DNA of 64,000 bases. It comes from an uncultured Alphaproteobacteria bacterium (GTDB lineage: Bacteria; Pseudomonadota; Alphaproteobacteria; HIMB59; GCA-002718135). The stretch's first letter is position 1, and each line of letters starts with the position of its first letter. A program made the translations under genes and the position numbers. The notes beneath the pieces were generated by a model. It had not been told where the DNA came from. It saw only the letters and a list, made by a program, of their open reading frames with translations, and searched no databases. Shown here one piece after another: positions 38,033 to 48,642 of the stretch. The DNA lies in assembly GCA_902612805.1 (NCBI GenBank), contig CACMEY010000001.1, positions 138,805 to 202,804 of the forward strand, read 5' to 3'.

Positions 38033-39181
38033 ATGGAAAATATAAATTGGAATTATCCTACTACAATCTGGTTTGGTGTTGATAGAATAATAGAAATACA
38101 AAAAGCCTGTGAAGAATTAAATATTCAAAAACCATTAATTGTAACTGATAATGGAATTTTAAAAACAAACATTATTAATAAGGTAAATGATTGTTTAGAT
38201 AAACAGGCAATTGTTTTTAGTGATGTTAAATCAAATCCTACAGGTAAAAATGTTGAAGATGGTGTTAAAGCATTTAATGAAAATAATCATGATGGAGTAA
38301 TAGCTGTTGGGGGAGGCTCGGGTATGGATACAGGAAAGGCAATTGCATTCATGGCCAAGCAAGAAAGACCAATCTGGGATTTTGAAGATATTGGTGACTG
38401 GTGGACTAGAGCTAATGCAGATTCAATTTTTCCTATAATTGCTTTACCTACTACAGCCGGTACTGGCTCTGAAACAGGGAGAGCATCAGTCTTTACTAAC
38501 GAACAAACACAAGAAAAAAAAATAATTTTTCATCCAAAAATGCTTCCTTCAATTGTTATCCTTGATCCAAATTTGACTATTCCACTCCCCGCAAATCTAA
38601 CAGCCTTTACAGGAATGGATGCACTAGCTCATTGCTTAGAAGCATATTTGTCGAATATTTTTCATCCTTATTCGCAAGGTATTGCAATAGAGGGAATTAG
38701 ATTAGTAAAAAATAATCTTGTTCTTGCTTTTAATGATGGATCAAATCTAGAAGCTAGATCGCATATGCTAGCATCTTCATCTATGGGCTCAATAGCTTTC
38801 CAGAAAGGTTTAGGCGCTATTCATTCTTTAAGTCATCCTGTTGGTGCAATTTATAATACACATCATGGATTAACTAATGCAGTTTTTATGCCATATGTTT
38901 TACAATATAATAAAAAAGGTATTGAAGAAAAAATTATTGATATTGCAAGATATATTAATTTAAAATCAGCAACATTTAATAATTTTATGGATTGGATTTT
39001 AGAGCTCAGATCTAATTTAAATATTCCTCATACTTTAAGTGAAATAATTGATGATGACAAAAATTTAGAAAAAATGAGTTTAATGGCTTTTAATGATCCT
39101 TCCACAAGTACAAATCCTATACCAGTTAATGCAGAAGATTTTTTAAAAATGTATATTAACGCTTTTAAAGGTGATTTATAA
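38033..39181 (+). CDS. Iron-containing (group III) alcohol dehydrogenase
   Basis: Motifs GGGSGMDTGKAIA, DALAHCLEAY and HSLSHPVGAIYNTHHG. Confidence 0.85.
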   Translation: MENINWNYPTTIWFGVDRIIEIQKACEELNIQKPLIVTDNGILKTNIINKVNDCLDKQAIVFSDVKSNPTGKNVEDGVKAFNENNHDGVIAVGGGSGMDTGKAIAFMAKQERPIWDFEDIGDWWTRANADSIFPIIALPTTAGTGSETGRASVFTNEQTQEKKIIFHPKMLPSIVILDPNLTIPLPANLTAFTGMDALAHCLEAYLSNIFHPYSQGIAIEGIRLVKNNLVLAFNDGSNLEARSHMLASSSMGSIAFQKGLGAIHSLSHPVGAIYNTHHGLTNAVFMPYVLQYNKKGIEEKIIDIARYINLKSATFNNFMDWILELRSNLNIPHTLSEIIDDDKNLEKMSLMAFNDPSTSTNPIPVNAEDFLKMYINAFKGDL

Positions 39182-39183
39182 AT

Positions 39184-40686
39184 TTATAGCGTTGCTCCAA
39201 TTATCCAAGGATTAAATTCATCATCACCATAATCATTTATTTCACTCTTTGATTTTTCACCAGATGCAACTGAAATTATTTTATCAAATATTTCTTTGCC
39301 AACTTCATTAACGCTTGCAACGTTATCCATAATAGTACCAGCATTGATATCCATATCTTCACTAAGTTTATTATACATATTTGTATTTGTTGCTATTTTA
39401 ATACTTGGAGTGGGTTTAAATCCAAAGCACGAACCTCGACCAGTAGTAAAACAAATAACATTAGCACCAGAAGCAACTTGACCAGTTACAGATACAGGAT
39501 CGTAACCTGGAGAATTCATAAAGTTAAAACCTTTGGTTTTTACCTGTTCAGCATAATCGAGAACATCAACCATATTTCTATTTCCAGCTTTGGATACTGC
39601 ACCTAATGATTTTTCCAGAATTGTAGTTAAACCTCCTTTTTTATTACCAGGACTTGGATTATTATCTAATGTGCTATCGTTGCTAGCAACATATTTTTTC
39701 CACCATTCAATTTGTTTGTTTAGTTTATCTATATTTTTTTCATTGGATGATTTTTCAAATAATAAATGTTCTGCTCCATATATTTCTGGAGTCTCTGATA
39801 GTAATGTTGTTCCACCATGATCAATAATCATATCAGAAGCAAAGCCTAGTGCAGGATTTGCAGTTATCCCAGAATACGAATCTGAACCACCACATTGCAA
39901 AGCAACTGTTAGTTCTGCAATGGGTATATTTGTTCTAGAAATACTATTAATTTCATTTAGTTGATTAATAATTTTTGAAGTTACTTTCGTTATTATTTCA
40001 TTTGTTCCACCTTCATCTTGAATATTCAAATATTCAATATTTCTTTTTTCCTGATCATTGTTGTACAAACTTATTTGGGCACATTCACATCCAAGTCCGA
40101 TAACAAAAACTTTTCCAAAATTAGGATGAATTTTAAAACCTTCAATAGTTCTGTTAAATACATTCATGGCGTATCCAGAAGTATTCATCCCACAACCTGA
40201 TGAATGTTTTAAACAAACTGCCCCATCAATGTTATCAAAATTATTATTTTTTAAATAATTATTTATTTTATCAGATATTTTCTTAACAACTGTTGCTGAA
40301 CAATTAACTGTACTAATTAAACCTATATAATTCCTAGTACCTGATGATCCATTATTCCTTTTAAAGCCTTTAAAGTATTCTGTCTTTTCACTTTTATTAA
40401 TATCATTTCTAATATCTTTACGGATATATTCTCTTTTGAATTCACTATATCCCATATTATGGGAATGTACATGTTCACCGGGTTCTATATTTTTATTAGA
40501 GATTCCTATTATCTGACCATACTTAAAAATAAAATCACCACTTTTAATTTTTTTTAAAGAAATTTTATGGCCATAAGGAATATTATTTATAGATTTAATT
40601 CCATAATTTATATTAATATTCTGAGGAATATCCATTGGAGCAATTCCAATATTATCTTTTTCATTTAATTTGATTATGTTAAACAT
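39184..40686 (-). CDS. UxaA-family sugar-acid dehydratase (altronate/galactarate dehydratase-like) with N-terminal SAF domain
   Basis: 500 aa. SAF-like N-terminus (KKIKSGDFIFKYGQIIG) and a Cys-rich central region (SGCGM, GLGCECAQ, ALQCGGSDS) typical of UxaA/GarD. Confidence 0.75.
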   Translation of the reverse strand: MFNIIKLNEKDNIGIAPMDIPQNININYGIKSINNIPYGHKISLKKIKSGDFIFKYGQIIGISNKNIEPGEHVHSHNMGYSEFKREYIRKDIRNDINKSEKTEYFKGFKRNNGSSGTRNYIGLISTVNCSATVVKKISDKINNYLKNNNFDNIDGAVCLKHSSGCGMNTSGYAMNVFNRTIEGFKIHPNFGKVFVIGLGCECAQISLYNNDQEKRNIEYLNIQDEGGTNEIITKVTSKIINQLNEINSISRTNIPIAELTVALQCGGSDSYSGITANPALGFASDMIIDHGGTTLLSETPEIYGAEHLLFEKSSNEKNIDKLNKQIEWWKKYVASNDSTLDNNPSPGNKKGGLTTILEKSLGAVSKAGNRNMVDVLDYAEQVKTKGFNFMNSPGYDPVSVTGQVASGANVICFTTGRGSCFGFKPTPSIKIATNTNMYNKLSEDMDINAGTIMDNVASVNEVGKEIFDKIISVASGEKSKSEINDYGDDEFNPWIIGATL

Positions 40687-40714
40687 AACTTAGATTAATA
40701 TATCATAAATAATC

Positions 40715-41485
40715 ATGAACGAAATCGCAACTTATCCATCACTAAAAGATAGAGTAGTGCTTATTACAGGGGGCGCCTCAGGAATTGGGGAAAGTATTGT
40801 CGAGCAATTTGCTTCTCAAAAATCAAAAGTTGCATTTTTAGATATAAATGATGAGTTAGGTAACGAGTTATCAAAAAAAATTAAAAACAAATATGATATT
40901 GATAGTCTATTTATAAAATGTGATTTAAAAAATATAGATCAACTTAAAAGTTCATTAGAAAAAGTAAAAAAAGAAATTGGGCCAATTTCAATTCTGGTAA
41001 ATAATGCAGCAAATGATGAGAGACATGATCTAGATAGTGTCACCCCTGAATATTGGGATGATAGAATGAATATTAATTTAAGACATTATTTTTTTGCAAC
41101 CCAAGCTGTCTATAAAGACATGAAAGATTTAGGAAAAGGTTCTGTTGTAAATATAGGTAGTTTTTCATGGATGATTTCTCAAGGTGGTATGCCTGGATAT
41201 ACCACTGCAAAATCTGCTATTATGGGATTAACAAGAACTTTAGCAAGAGATTTAGGTGTCTATAACATCAGAGTAAATTGTATTGTTCCTGGTTGGATCA
41301 TTACGGAGAGGCAAAAAAAATTATGGCTTACTCCAGAAATTAAAAAAACTCAACTTGAGAGACAATGTATTAAGAGAATGCTTATGCCCGAAGATATATC
41401 AAAGCCGGTTTTGTTTTTTGCATCTGATCAAAGTTCTGGTTGTACCGCACAAAATTATGTAATTGATGGTGGCATAGTTAATTAA
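40715..41485 (+). CDS. Short-chain dehydrogenase/reductase (SDR)
   Basis: Motifs TGGASGIG and NNAAND, and the catalytic YTTAKSA. Confidence 0.85.
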   Translation: MNEIATYPSLKDRVVLITGGASGIGESIVEQFASQKSKVAFLDINDELGNELSKKIKNKYDIDSLFIKCDLKNIDQLKSSLEKVKKEIGPISILVNNAANDERHDLDSVTPEYWDDRMNINLRHYFFATQAVYKDMKDLGKGSVVNIGSFSWMISQGGMPGYTTAKSAIMGLTRTLARDLGVYNIRVNCIVPGWIITERQKKLWLTPEIKKTQLERQCIKRMLMPEDISKPVLFFASDQSSGCTAQNYVIDGGIVN

Positions 41486-42672
41486 TGAAAAAAAAATCCA
41501 AAATTGCTTTTGGTAGATTAGACTTACTTAGAAATGATACTTTAAATAATAAAAATAAAATTAGAATTGGTTTTATTGGTGGAGGTCCTAATTCATTTAT
41601 TGGATACACTCATAGGTTATCAGCAAGATTTGATAATAAATTTGAATTTGTTGCTGGAATATTTTCAAAAGATAAAAAAAAATCTAAATCTTTTGGTTCT
41701 TCATTAGGATTAGCTGATGATCGTTGTTACAGTGATTATAAGTCTATGGCATCCGCTGAGTCAAAAAGAAATGATGGTATTCAAGCGCTTGGAATAATGA
41801 CTCCATCGGGTGATCATTATAAGATAGCAAAAGTATTTATTGAAAAAGGAATACATATTATTTGTGACAAGCCTTTAACCGCAACGGTTGAGGATGCTGT
41901 TAAATTAAAAAAAGTAATTTTAAAAAATAAAATTGTATTTGCATTAACACACAATTACTCAAGCTATCCAATGCTACGAGAGGCAAAAAATATTATTTCA
42001 AATCATAAATTAGGAAAAATCAATTTAATAAATGTTGAGTACCCCCAAGGTTATACAGTCGGAGTAAAAAAGAAAGATGAAAAAAGAACATTAAAATGGA
42101 GACTAGATAAAAAACAATCTGGACCCTCAATGATATTATCTGAAATTGGAACTCACGCGTATCATTTGTTGAGATATGTGACTGGATTAGAAGCAAACGA
42201 AATATCAGCAGAAGTAAATTCATTATCCTCAGAAATTTCAGTTGATGATAATGCTTTTGTATTATTAAGAATGCGAAATAAGGCAAGAGGTATAATCTGG
42301 GTATCGTCTGCTGCTACTGGTGGAGAAAATGGTCTAAAAATTAGAGTGTATGGAACAAAAGGTTCAATAGAATGGTTACAGGATGATCCAAATAATCTAA
42401 AGTTTACAGAACTAGATAAACCAATGAAAGTTATAACAAGAGCAAGTAAATTAGTATCTAAATTTTCACTATCATCTTCAAGAATTGCTGCTGGTCACCC
42501 AGAAGGTTTTTTTGAAGCTTTTGCAAATATTTATTCAGAATTTGCTGATCAGATTCATAATAAAAACAAAAAATTTTCATTTCCAACAATTGATGATGGT
42601 GTAGCTGGTATTAAATTTATTTATGCAGCAAAAAAATCTTCTAATTTAAATTCAAAGTGGATAAAAATCTAA
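41485..42672 (+). CDS. Gfo/Idh/MocA-family NAD(P) oxidoreductase
   Basis: N-terminal Rossmann IGFIGGGPNSFIG and a CDKP motif; 395 aa. Confidence 0.75.
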   Translation: MKKKSKIAFGRLDLLRNDTLNNKNKIRIGFIGGGPNSFIGYTHRLSARFDNKFEFVAGIFSKDKKKSKSFGSSLGLADDRCYSDYKSMASAESKRNDGIQALGIMTPSGDHYKIAKVFIEKGIHIICDKPLTATVEDAVKLKKVILKNKIVFALTHNYSSYPMLREAKNIISNHKLGKINLINVEYPQGYTVGVKKKDEKRTLKWRLDKKQSGPSMILSEIGTHAYHLLRYVTGLEANEISAEVNSLSSEISVDDNAFVLLRMRNKARGIIWVSSAATGGENGLKIRVYGTKGSIEWLQDDPNNLKFTELDKPMKVITRASKLVSKFSLSSSRIAAGHPEGFFEAFANIYSEFADQIHNKNKKFSFPTIDDGVAGIKFIYAAKKSSNLNSKWIKI

Positions 42673-42673
42673 A

Positions 42674-43675
42674 ATGATTAATTTTACCTTACTAGGCACA
42701 GGAAGAATTGGGAAATTACATGCGTCAATCATAAATGATCATCCAGAAGCGAGCCTCAAATATGTTTATGACATCGATACAAGCTCTGCTAAAAAAATTG
42801 CAAAAAAATATAGTTGTGAAGTTGCAAAGACTGCAAAGGAAGCAATTTCTTCAGATCAAATAAATGCTATTTTAATTGCTTCTGCCACCCCGACTCATAC
42901 AGATTATATTTCTCTAGGAGCAGAATGTAATAAAGCTATATTATGCGAAAAGCCAATTGATTTAGATATAAATAAAGTAAATAAATGTTGGCAAAAAATT
43001 AAAAAATATAAACCAATTATTCAAATTGGTTTTAATCGTAGATTTGATCCTAATCATAATAAAGTACAAAGTGAGGTTCTAGCAGGAAAGATTGGTAAAA
43101 TTGAAATGATTGTAATCACAAGTAGAGACCCTTCTCCACCTGGTATTGATTATTTAAAACAATCAGGTGGAATTTTTAGAGATTGTTCAATACATGATTT
43201 TGATTTGGCACGATTTATTCTTAATAATGATCCAATTGTAGAAGTTTTTGCACAAGGTTCTGTAAATGTCTCAAATGATTTTAAGGTTACCAATGATTAT
43301 GACACAACTATGTGTTTTATGAAATCAAAAAAAGGGGTTTTAGTTCATATAAATAATTCAAGAAGAGCCGTCTATGGTTATGATCAAAGACTCGAAGTAT
43401 TTGGAAGTAATGGAATGTTAATTTCTGATAATGTTCCAAATAATGATATCAATTACTATAATCAAAATTTATCATTTGCAAAAAAACCTATTAAAAATTT
43501 TTTTATCGAAAGATACAAAGATGCTTATCAAATACAATTAGATCAATTTATTAAATCAATAAAAAATAAAAAAAATCCATCAGTCACTTTTGAAGATGGA
43601 AAGAATGCTTTAATTCTTGCGAATTCAGCTACTAAATCAGTAAAATTAAATAAAGTTGTAAAACCAAAATTTTAG
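42674..43675 (+). CDS. Gfo/Idh/MocA oxidoreductase, inositol 2-dehydrogenase (IolG)-like
   Basis: Motifs LLGTGRIGKLHA, ILCEKP and GFNRRFDP. Confidence 0.7.
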   Translation: MINFTLLGTGRIGKLHASIINDHPEASLKYVYDIDTSSAKKIAKKYSCEVAKTAKEAISSDQINAILIASATPTHTDYISLGAECNKAILCEKPIDLDINKVNKCWQKIKKYKPIIQIGFNRRFDPNHNKVQSEVLAGKIGKIEMIVITSRDPSPPGIDYLKQSGGIFRDCSIHDFDLARFILNNDPIVEVFAQGSVNVSNDFKVTNDYDTTMCFMKSKKGVLVHINNSRRAVYGYDQRLEVFGSNGMLISDNVPNNDINYYNQNLSFAKKPIKNFFIERYKDAYQIQLDQFIKSIKNKKNPSVTFEDGKNALILANSATKSVKLNKVVKPKF

Positions 43676-43690
43676 TTATAGATAAATTCT

Positions 43691-44521
43691 ATGAATGAAC
43701 AATTTAAAGATAAGGTCATTATAGTTACAGGTAGTACACAAGGTAGTGGTGCTGAAACAGCAAGATTATTAGCTAGCAGAGGTGCGAAAGCAATTACAAT
43801 TTGTGGGAGACAAGAAAATAAAGGTCTTGAAGTTAAAAATCAGATTGAAAAATTAGGCACTGAGTGTTTGTATATAAAAGCAGACCTTAAAAATGTTGAT
43901 GATTGCAAAAAAATTGTTTTGGAGACTGATAAAAAATTTGGAACAATAAATTCTTTAATTAATGTTGCAGGATACACAGAAAGAGGAACAATTCTAAGTG
44001 CTACTCTAGAAAATTATGAAAATAATTATAATATTAATACCCGTGCACCTTTCATATTAATGCAAGAGACAATTAAAATAATGATTAGAGATAAGAACAA
44101 AGGAACAATTGCAAATGTATTATCTATGGCGATGTATAGTGGTATGCCATTTATTGTTGCTTATAGTGGATCAAAAGCTGCTTTAGCTACAATGACAAAA
44201 AATATTGCAAATTCTGTCGCTAGTTATCAAATAAGAGTAAACGCCTTAAATATTGGATGGACGGATACTCCTGCTGAACATGATATTCAAACAAGAGTTC
44301 ATAAAAAAAATCCTAATTGGTTACAAGATGAAGAAAAAAAAGTTCCTTTTAACAGATTGATTAAACCTATTGATGTAGCAAAGGGATTAGCTTTTATGTG
44401 CTCAGAAGAATCTGGATTAATGACAGGTAGTGTAATTGATTTTGATCAAACAGTACATGGCTGGCATTCTTATTCAGCATATGAAACTAGAGTTTTGGAT
44501 GATTCTCTACTCGGAGAATAA
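43691..44521 (+). CDS. Short-chain dehydrogenase/reductase (SDR)
   Basis: Motif VTGSTQGSGAETA and the catalytic YSGSKAAL. Confidence 0.8.
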   Translation: MNEQFKDKVIIVTGSTQGSGAETARLLASRGAKAITICGRQENKGLEVKNQIEKLGTECLYIKADLKNVDDCKKIVLETDKKFGTINSLINVAGYTERGTILSATLENYENNYNINTRAPFILMQETIKIMIRDKNKGTIANVLSMAMYSGMPFIVAYSGSKAALATMTKNIANSVASYQIRVNALNIGWTDTPAEHDIQTRVHKKNPNWLQDEEKKVPFNRLIKPIDVAKGLAFMCSEESGLMTGSVIDFDQTVHGWHSYSAYETRVLDDSLLGE

Positions 44522-44607
44522 TTAATCATTTATTTCTCAACCATTTTTTTATTTTTAACTATAATTTATAATTTACACATATTTAAATATTAATTAATAA
44601 AATAAAA

Positions 44608-45684
44608 ATGGGAAAAAAAATAATTTCTATTAATGAAGGAAAATTATCAGAGTTTAAACTGCATAGTATTTGGCTTCGTGAAAGATTAAATGGGAGTGAA
44701 TTTGTAGACCAAAATAATTTACAACGTTTATATGAACCAAGCCTCTTAGATGATAATCTATTTATAAATTTTCATAATGTTAACGAAAATATATTAAATG
44801 TTGAATTTAGTGATGGAGCAAAAGGATCTTTTAATGTCGATGATCTTTATAATGAAATCAATAATATTGATGTCATACCTGAAAAAAAAATATGGAATGT
44901 CAGTGAACAAAATTTAGAAATTTTTGATAATAATAAAATCTTTGAGAACAAAAAGGAACTTATCAATATGCTTAAAGTATTTTATCAATATGGTTATGTA
45001 ATAATCGAAAATACAAAAGCAGAAGAAGATGAAGTTATAAATTTTGCTGAAAAACTAGGCCCGGTTCGAGCAACAAATTTTGGAAAATTATTTAACGTTG
45101 TCTCAAAACCAAATCCAAATGATCTTGCCTATACTGCATTAGAGTTAACTTCGCATTCAGATAACCCATATAGAAAGCCTGTTCCTGGAATTCAATTACT
45201 TCATTGTATTGCTAATGAATCTACAGGAGGAGACTCAAGTTTAGTTGATGGTTTTAGTGTTGCAAATTTTTTAAAACATAACCAACCTGAATTTTATAAA
45301 GTATTAACTGAAACTAATGTTACTTTTAAATTTACAGATATTGATACTATTTTAGTTGATGAAGCAAAATTAATTGAACTAGATCATAATAATAACTTTA
45401 GACAAATACGATTTAGTGGAAGACTTGATTATGTTCCATTATTAGATGAAAATAATCTTGATCTTTTTTATAAGGCTAGAAAATATATGTTCAAACTTTG
45501 TAATTCTGATGATTTCAAAATTAAATTTAGATTATCTAAAGGAATGATTGCAATGTTTGATAACCTGAGATTATTACATGGAAGAACTAAATTTGACCCA
45601 AATACCGGTTTTAGACATCTACAGGGATGTTATATTGATCATGATGTCACTGAGGGTAAGCTTAGAAGGTTATTAAAACCTTAA
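44608..45684 (+). CDS. Fe(II)/2-oxoglutarate dioxygenase of the gamma-butyrobetaine hydroxylase / TauD family
   Basis: DUF971-like N-domain (LHSIWLRERL), facial-triad HxD in LTSHSDNPY, a distal His in RLLHGR, and GIQLLHC. Confidence 0.7.
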   Translation: MGKKIISINEGKLSEFKLHSIWLRERLNGSEFVDQNNLQRLYEPSLLDDNLFINFHNVNENILNVEFSDGAKGSFNVDDLYNEINNIDVIPEKKIWNVSEQNLEIFDNNKIFENKKELINMLKVFYQYGYVIIENTKAEEDEVINFAEKLGPVRATNFGKLFNVVSKPNPNDLAYTALELTSHSDNPYRKPVPGIQLLHCIANESTGGDSSLVDGFSVANFLKHNQPEFYKVLTETNVTFKFTDIDTILVDEAKLIELDHNNNFRQIRFSGRLDYVPLLDENNLDLFYKARKYMFKLCNSDDFKIKFRLSKGMIAMFDNLRLLHGRTKFDPNTGFRHLQGCYIDHDVTEGKLRRLLKP

Positions 45685-46748
45685 TTGACTTCGAAGATCT
45701 TTTCGGCAGGATAAAAATTTAATATTTTACTATACCAATTACTAAAATTATTTCTTTCAATTAATGAAACTGTAAAACCACCAAATCCACCACCAGTCAA
45801 TCTGGCGCCTAGAGCACCACATTCAACCGATTTCTGAACAATTAAATCAACATCTAAAGTAGATGCTTCAAAATCTTTAGAATATGATTCGTGACTCTTA
45901 TTCATTAAATTTCCAAACTCCTGAATATTATTTTCTATTAAATTTTTTTTTGCATTAATCACTCTATCATTTTCAAAAACTACATGCTTTGCTCTTTTTG
46001 CTATAGTATTATTGTCAAATTTATTTGTTTGAAAATTTTCTTTTTTAACTTCACCTAAATATTCTACACCAAGTTTTTTTTCAGCCTCTTGGAGTTCAGC
46101 AAATCTTTCATTATAAGAGCTATCTCTTAAATTTCGTTGTACTTCAGAGTCAATCAAACAAAATTTCCAATTTTCTGGAAAATTAATAAGTTCGTATTCT
46201 AAATTCTTACAATTCATAAAAAATGCTTTGCCATGAATACCAATAGAAGAAACCATTTGATCCATTATTCCACCAGAAACACCTATATAGTTGAATTCTA
46301 CTTTCTTTGCTAATTTTGCAATTTCTGGATCTTTGATTTTTGTTTCAAAAAAAGCATTAAGTGCTTTTAGTGTAGCAACACACAATGCTGAAGATGATGA
46401 AATACCTCTTTCTAAAGGTATATCAGATGAAATAAAAATGTTTAAAAATCTAGATGAAATCTTATTTTCATCAAAAAAAATATGCAAACAACCTTTTATA
46501 TAATCAACCCACTCATTGTTAGTTGATTTTTTGAAATCATTGAATGTTTTTTTTTCTTTAAAATGTTGAGAATAAACTATGAATTCATTAGAATTATTTT
46601 GAGATATCTCAATGTTATTTTTAAAAGATAAAAGTGTAGGCATAACATATCCACCAGTATAATCGGTATGTTCACCAATTAAATTGACTCTTGCGTGAGC
46701 ACTTTGCTTTACTTCTGCGTCTATATTAAATATATCTTTGAAGCTCAT
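45681..46748 (-). CDS. galK: Galactokinase-family GHMP kinase
   Basis: Galactokinase signature RVNLIGEHTDYTGG, GHMP motif GISSSSAL, and TGGGFGG. Confidence 0.8.
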   Translation of the reverse strand: MSFKDIFNIDAEVKQSAHARVNLIGEHTDYTGGYVMPTLLSFKNNIEISQNNSNEFIVYSQHFKEKKTFNDFKKSTNNEWVDYIKGCLHIFFDENKISSRFLNIFISSDIPLERGISSSSALCVATLKALNAFFETKIKDPEIAKLAKKVEFNYIGVSGGIMDQMVSSIGIHGKAFFMNCKNLEYELINFPENWKFCLIDSEVQRNLRDSSYNERFAELQEAEKKLGVEYLGEVKKENFQTNKFDNNTIAKRAKHVVFENDRVINAKKNLIENNIQEFGNLMNKSHESYSKDFEASTLDVDLIVQKSVECGALGARLTGGGFGGFTVSLIERNNFSNWYSKILNFYPAEKIFEVN

Positions 46749-46761
46749 ATAATTACTAGTT

Positions 46762-48624
46762 ATGACTAATCAAATTAATATATCTTTTACAAATGAAAAT
46801 AAATTAAAAATTATTCTTGATGATAAATTAGTAGATTCAAATTTGAAACTGTGTTTCTCATTAGTTTATTCAATAAAATCTATATCAGGAGGCGAAATAA
46901 CTAAGCAAATTGGACGTTATTACGAGTTATCTATAAAAAAAAATACAATTTTATTAGATTTACAAATTCCTAAAATTGGTAACTTCAACCTTTCGTGTGG
47001 TCCGGAAGGTATTTTCATTATCGATACATTAAACAATAGTAAATTAAATATAAATGTTTCAGATTTGATATTTGAAAAACCAATTAAAAAGAAAACTTAT
47101 GAAGATTTAAAAACAAAAAATTTTATACCTATTATTCCTGAGCCAGAAAAAATTCATTTACAAAATGAATTTATAAATATTGAAAATAAAATATTTAATC
47201 TGAATACAGAAATTGAGATTATTTCTAATTTGCAAAATATTATTTCCAAATTGGATATTAATTTTACTTCTGAAAAAGGATTTCCAATTTTCTTTAAAAA
47301 AGATGATCAGTTATTAAACGATCAATATTTTATGCAGATAACAAAAGATAATATTGAGATTAAATACAATACTTATGGTGGAAAGCTATATGGTCTTATA
47401 TCTTTAGTTCATTTAATTGATTTCTATCAAACAAAGCTTCCAATTTGTACAATACACGATAATCCAAAATATCTATGGAGAGGAATGCATCTCGATTGTG
47501 CAAGACAATTCTATACTATTGATGAAATCAAACGTTTATTTAATTACATGGCATTATTTAAGCTTAATAGATTCCACTGGCATTTAACAGATAACGAAGC
47601 GTGGAGAATTGAAATTAAAAAATATCCAGATCTAGCATTAAATGGAGGATACAGAGGATATAATTTTAAAATACCACCATTGTACGGAAGTGGTTATGAT
47701 AAATACGGCGGATATTACTCACAGGAAGATATCAAAGATTTAATTATATATGCAAAAAAATTAAATATCGAGATTATGCCTGAAATTGATTTACCAGCAC
47801 ATTCTTGGGCATTACTAGAAATCATGCCAGAACTCAGAGAACAGTCTTCAAATATAGTTAGTGAAGATGTTGGTTCGTATAAGAATAATACGATAAATCC
47901 TTCCTTAGAAAAAACTGTAACTTTTTTAAAAGATATGTTGAATGAAGTAAGTGATATTTTCTCATATGATGTAATTCATGTTGGCGTTGATGAAAGACCA
48001 AGTAATGCGTGGGAAGGTTCTCCAGCAATTATCGAGTTTATGAAAAAAAATAATATTAAATCACAAGAGGAATATCAAGATTACTATATGAATTTTTTAA
48101 TAGATTTTCTAAAATCAAAAAATAAAAGAACAGCTGCATGGAATGAGGCGGCAGTGTCTCCTCATATCGATCATGGTGTGGGTGGAAGTGCTGGAAAAAT
48201 TGATAAATCATGTTTGATCTTTTCATGGGAGCATTCAGATGTTGCAAAAGAAACTACAAATAAGGGATTTGAAACAATACTTTGTCCTGGTCAAAAAACA
48301 TATTTTGATATGGCTTATAATAATTCAACTGAAGAAAGAGGTATTTGTTGGGCTGCAACTATAGAAGTAAAAGATATTTATGAATGGGACCCAACAAAAG
48401 ATATAAATAAATCAGTATTGATAAAAGGGTTACAGGGTCAACTGTGGTCAGAGACAATTACAGATAAAAAATTTTTTGATCAAATGATCAACCCAAGATT
48501 AGCAACTTTATCAGAAGTTGCATGGAAAGGAAAAATTTCGAGAAAATGGATAGAATTTCGTTCAGCACTTCTAAATTCTATGAATTTTTTAAAAAAATTA
48601 GGCTGGCGATATCACAATTTTTAA
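46762..48624 (+). CDS. GH20 beta-N-acetylhexosaminidase, apparently cytoplasmic
   Basis: Blocks HLDCARQF, HWHLTDNEAWR, DLPAHS and the catalytic pair in HVGVDE. No signal peptide is visible. Confidence 0.85.
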   Translation: MTNQINISFTNENKLKIILDDKLVDSNLKLCFSLVYSIKSISGGEITKQIGRYYELSIKKNTILLDLQIPKIGNFNLSCGPEGIFIIDTLNNSKLNINVSDLIFEKPIKKKTYEDLKTKNFIPIIPEPEKIHLQNEFINIENKIFNLNTEIEIISNLQNIISKLDINFTSEKGFPIFFKKDDQLLNDQYFMQITKDNIEIKYNTYGGKLYGLISLVHLIDFYQTKLPICTIHDNPKYLWRGMHLDCARQFYTIDEIKRLFNYMALFKLNRFHWHLTDNEAWRIEIKKYPDLALNGGYRGYNFKIPPLYGSGYDKYGGYYSQEDIKDLIIYAKKLNIEIMPEIDLPAHSWALLEIMPELREQSSNIVSEDVGSYKNNTINPSLEKTVTFLKDMLNEVSDIFSYDVIHVGVDERPSNAWEGSPAIIEFMKKNNIKSQEEYQDYYMNFLIDFLKSKNKRTAAWNEAAVSPHIDHGVGGSAGKIDKSCLIFSWEHSDVAKETTNKGFETILCPGQKTYFDMAYNNSTEERGICWAATIEVKDIYEWDPTKDINKSVLIKGLQGQLWSETITDKKFFDQMINPRLATLSEVAWKGKISRKWIEFRSALLNSMNFLKKLGWRYHNF

Positions 48625-48642
48625 TGTTAAAGTAAAATAAAT

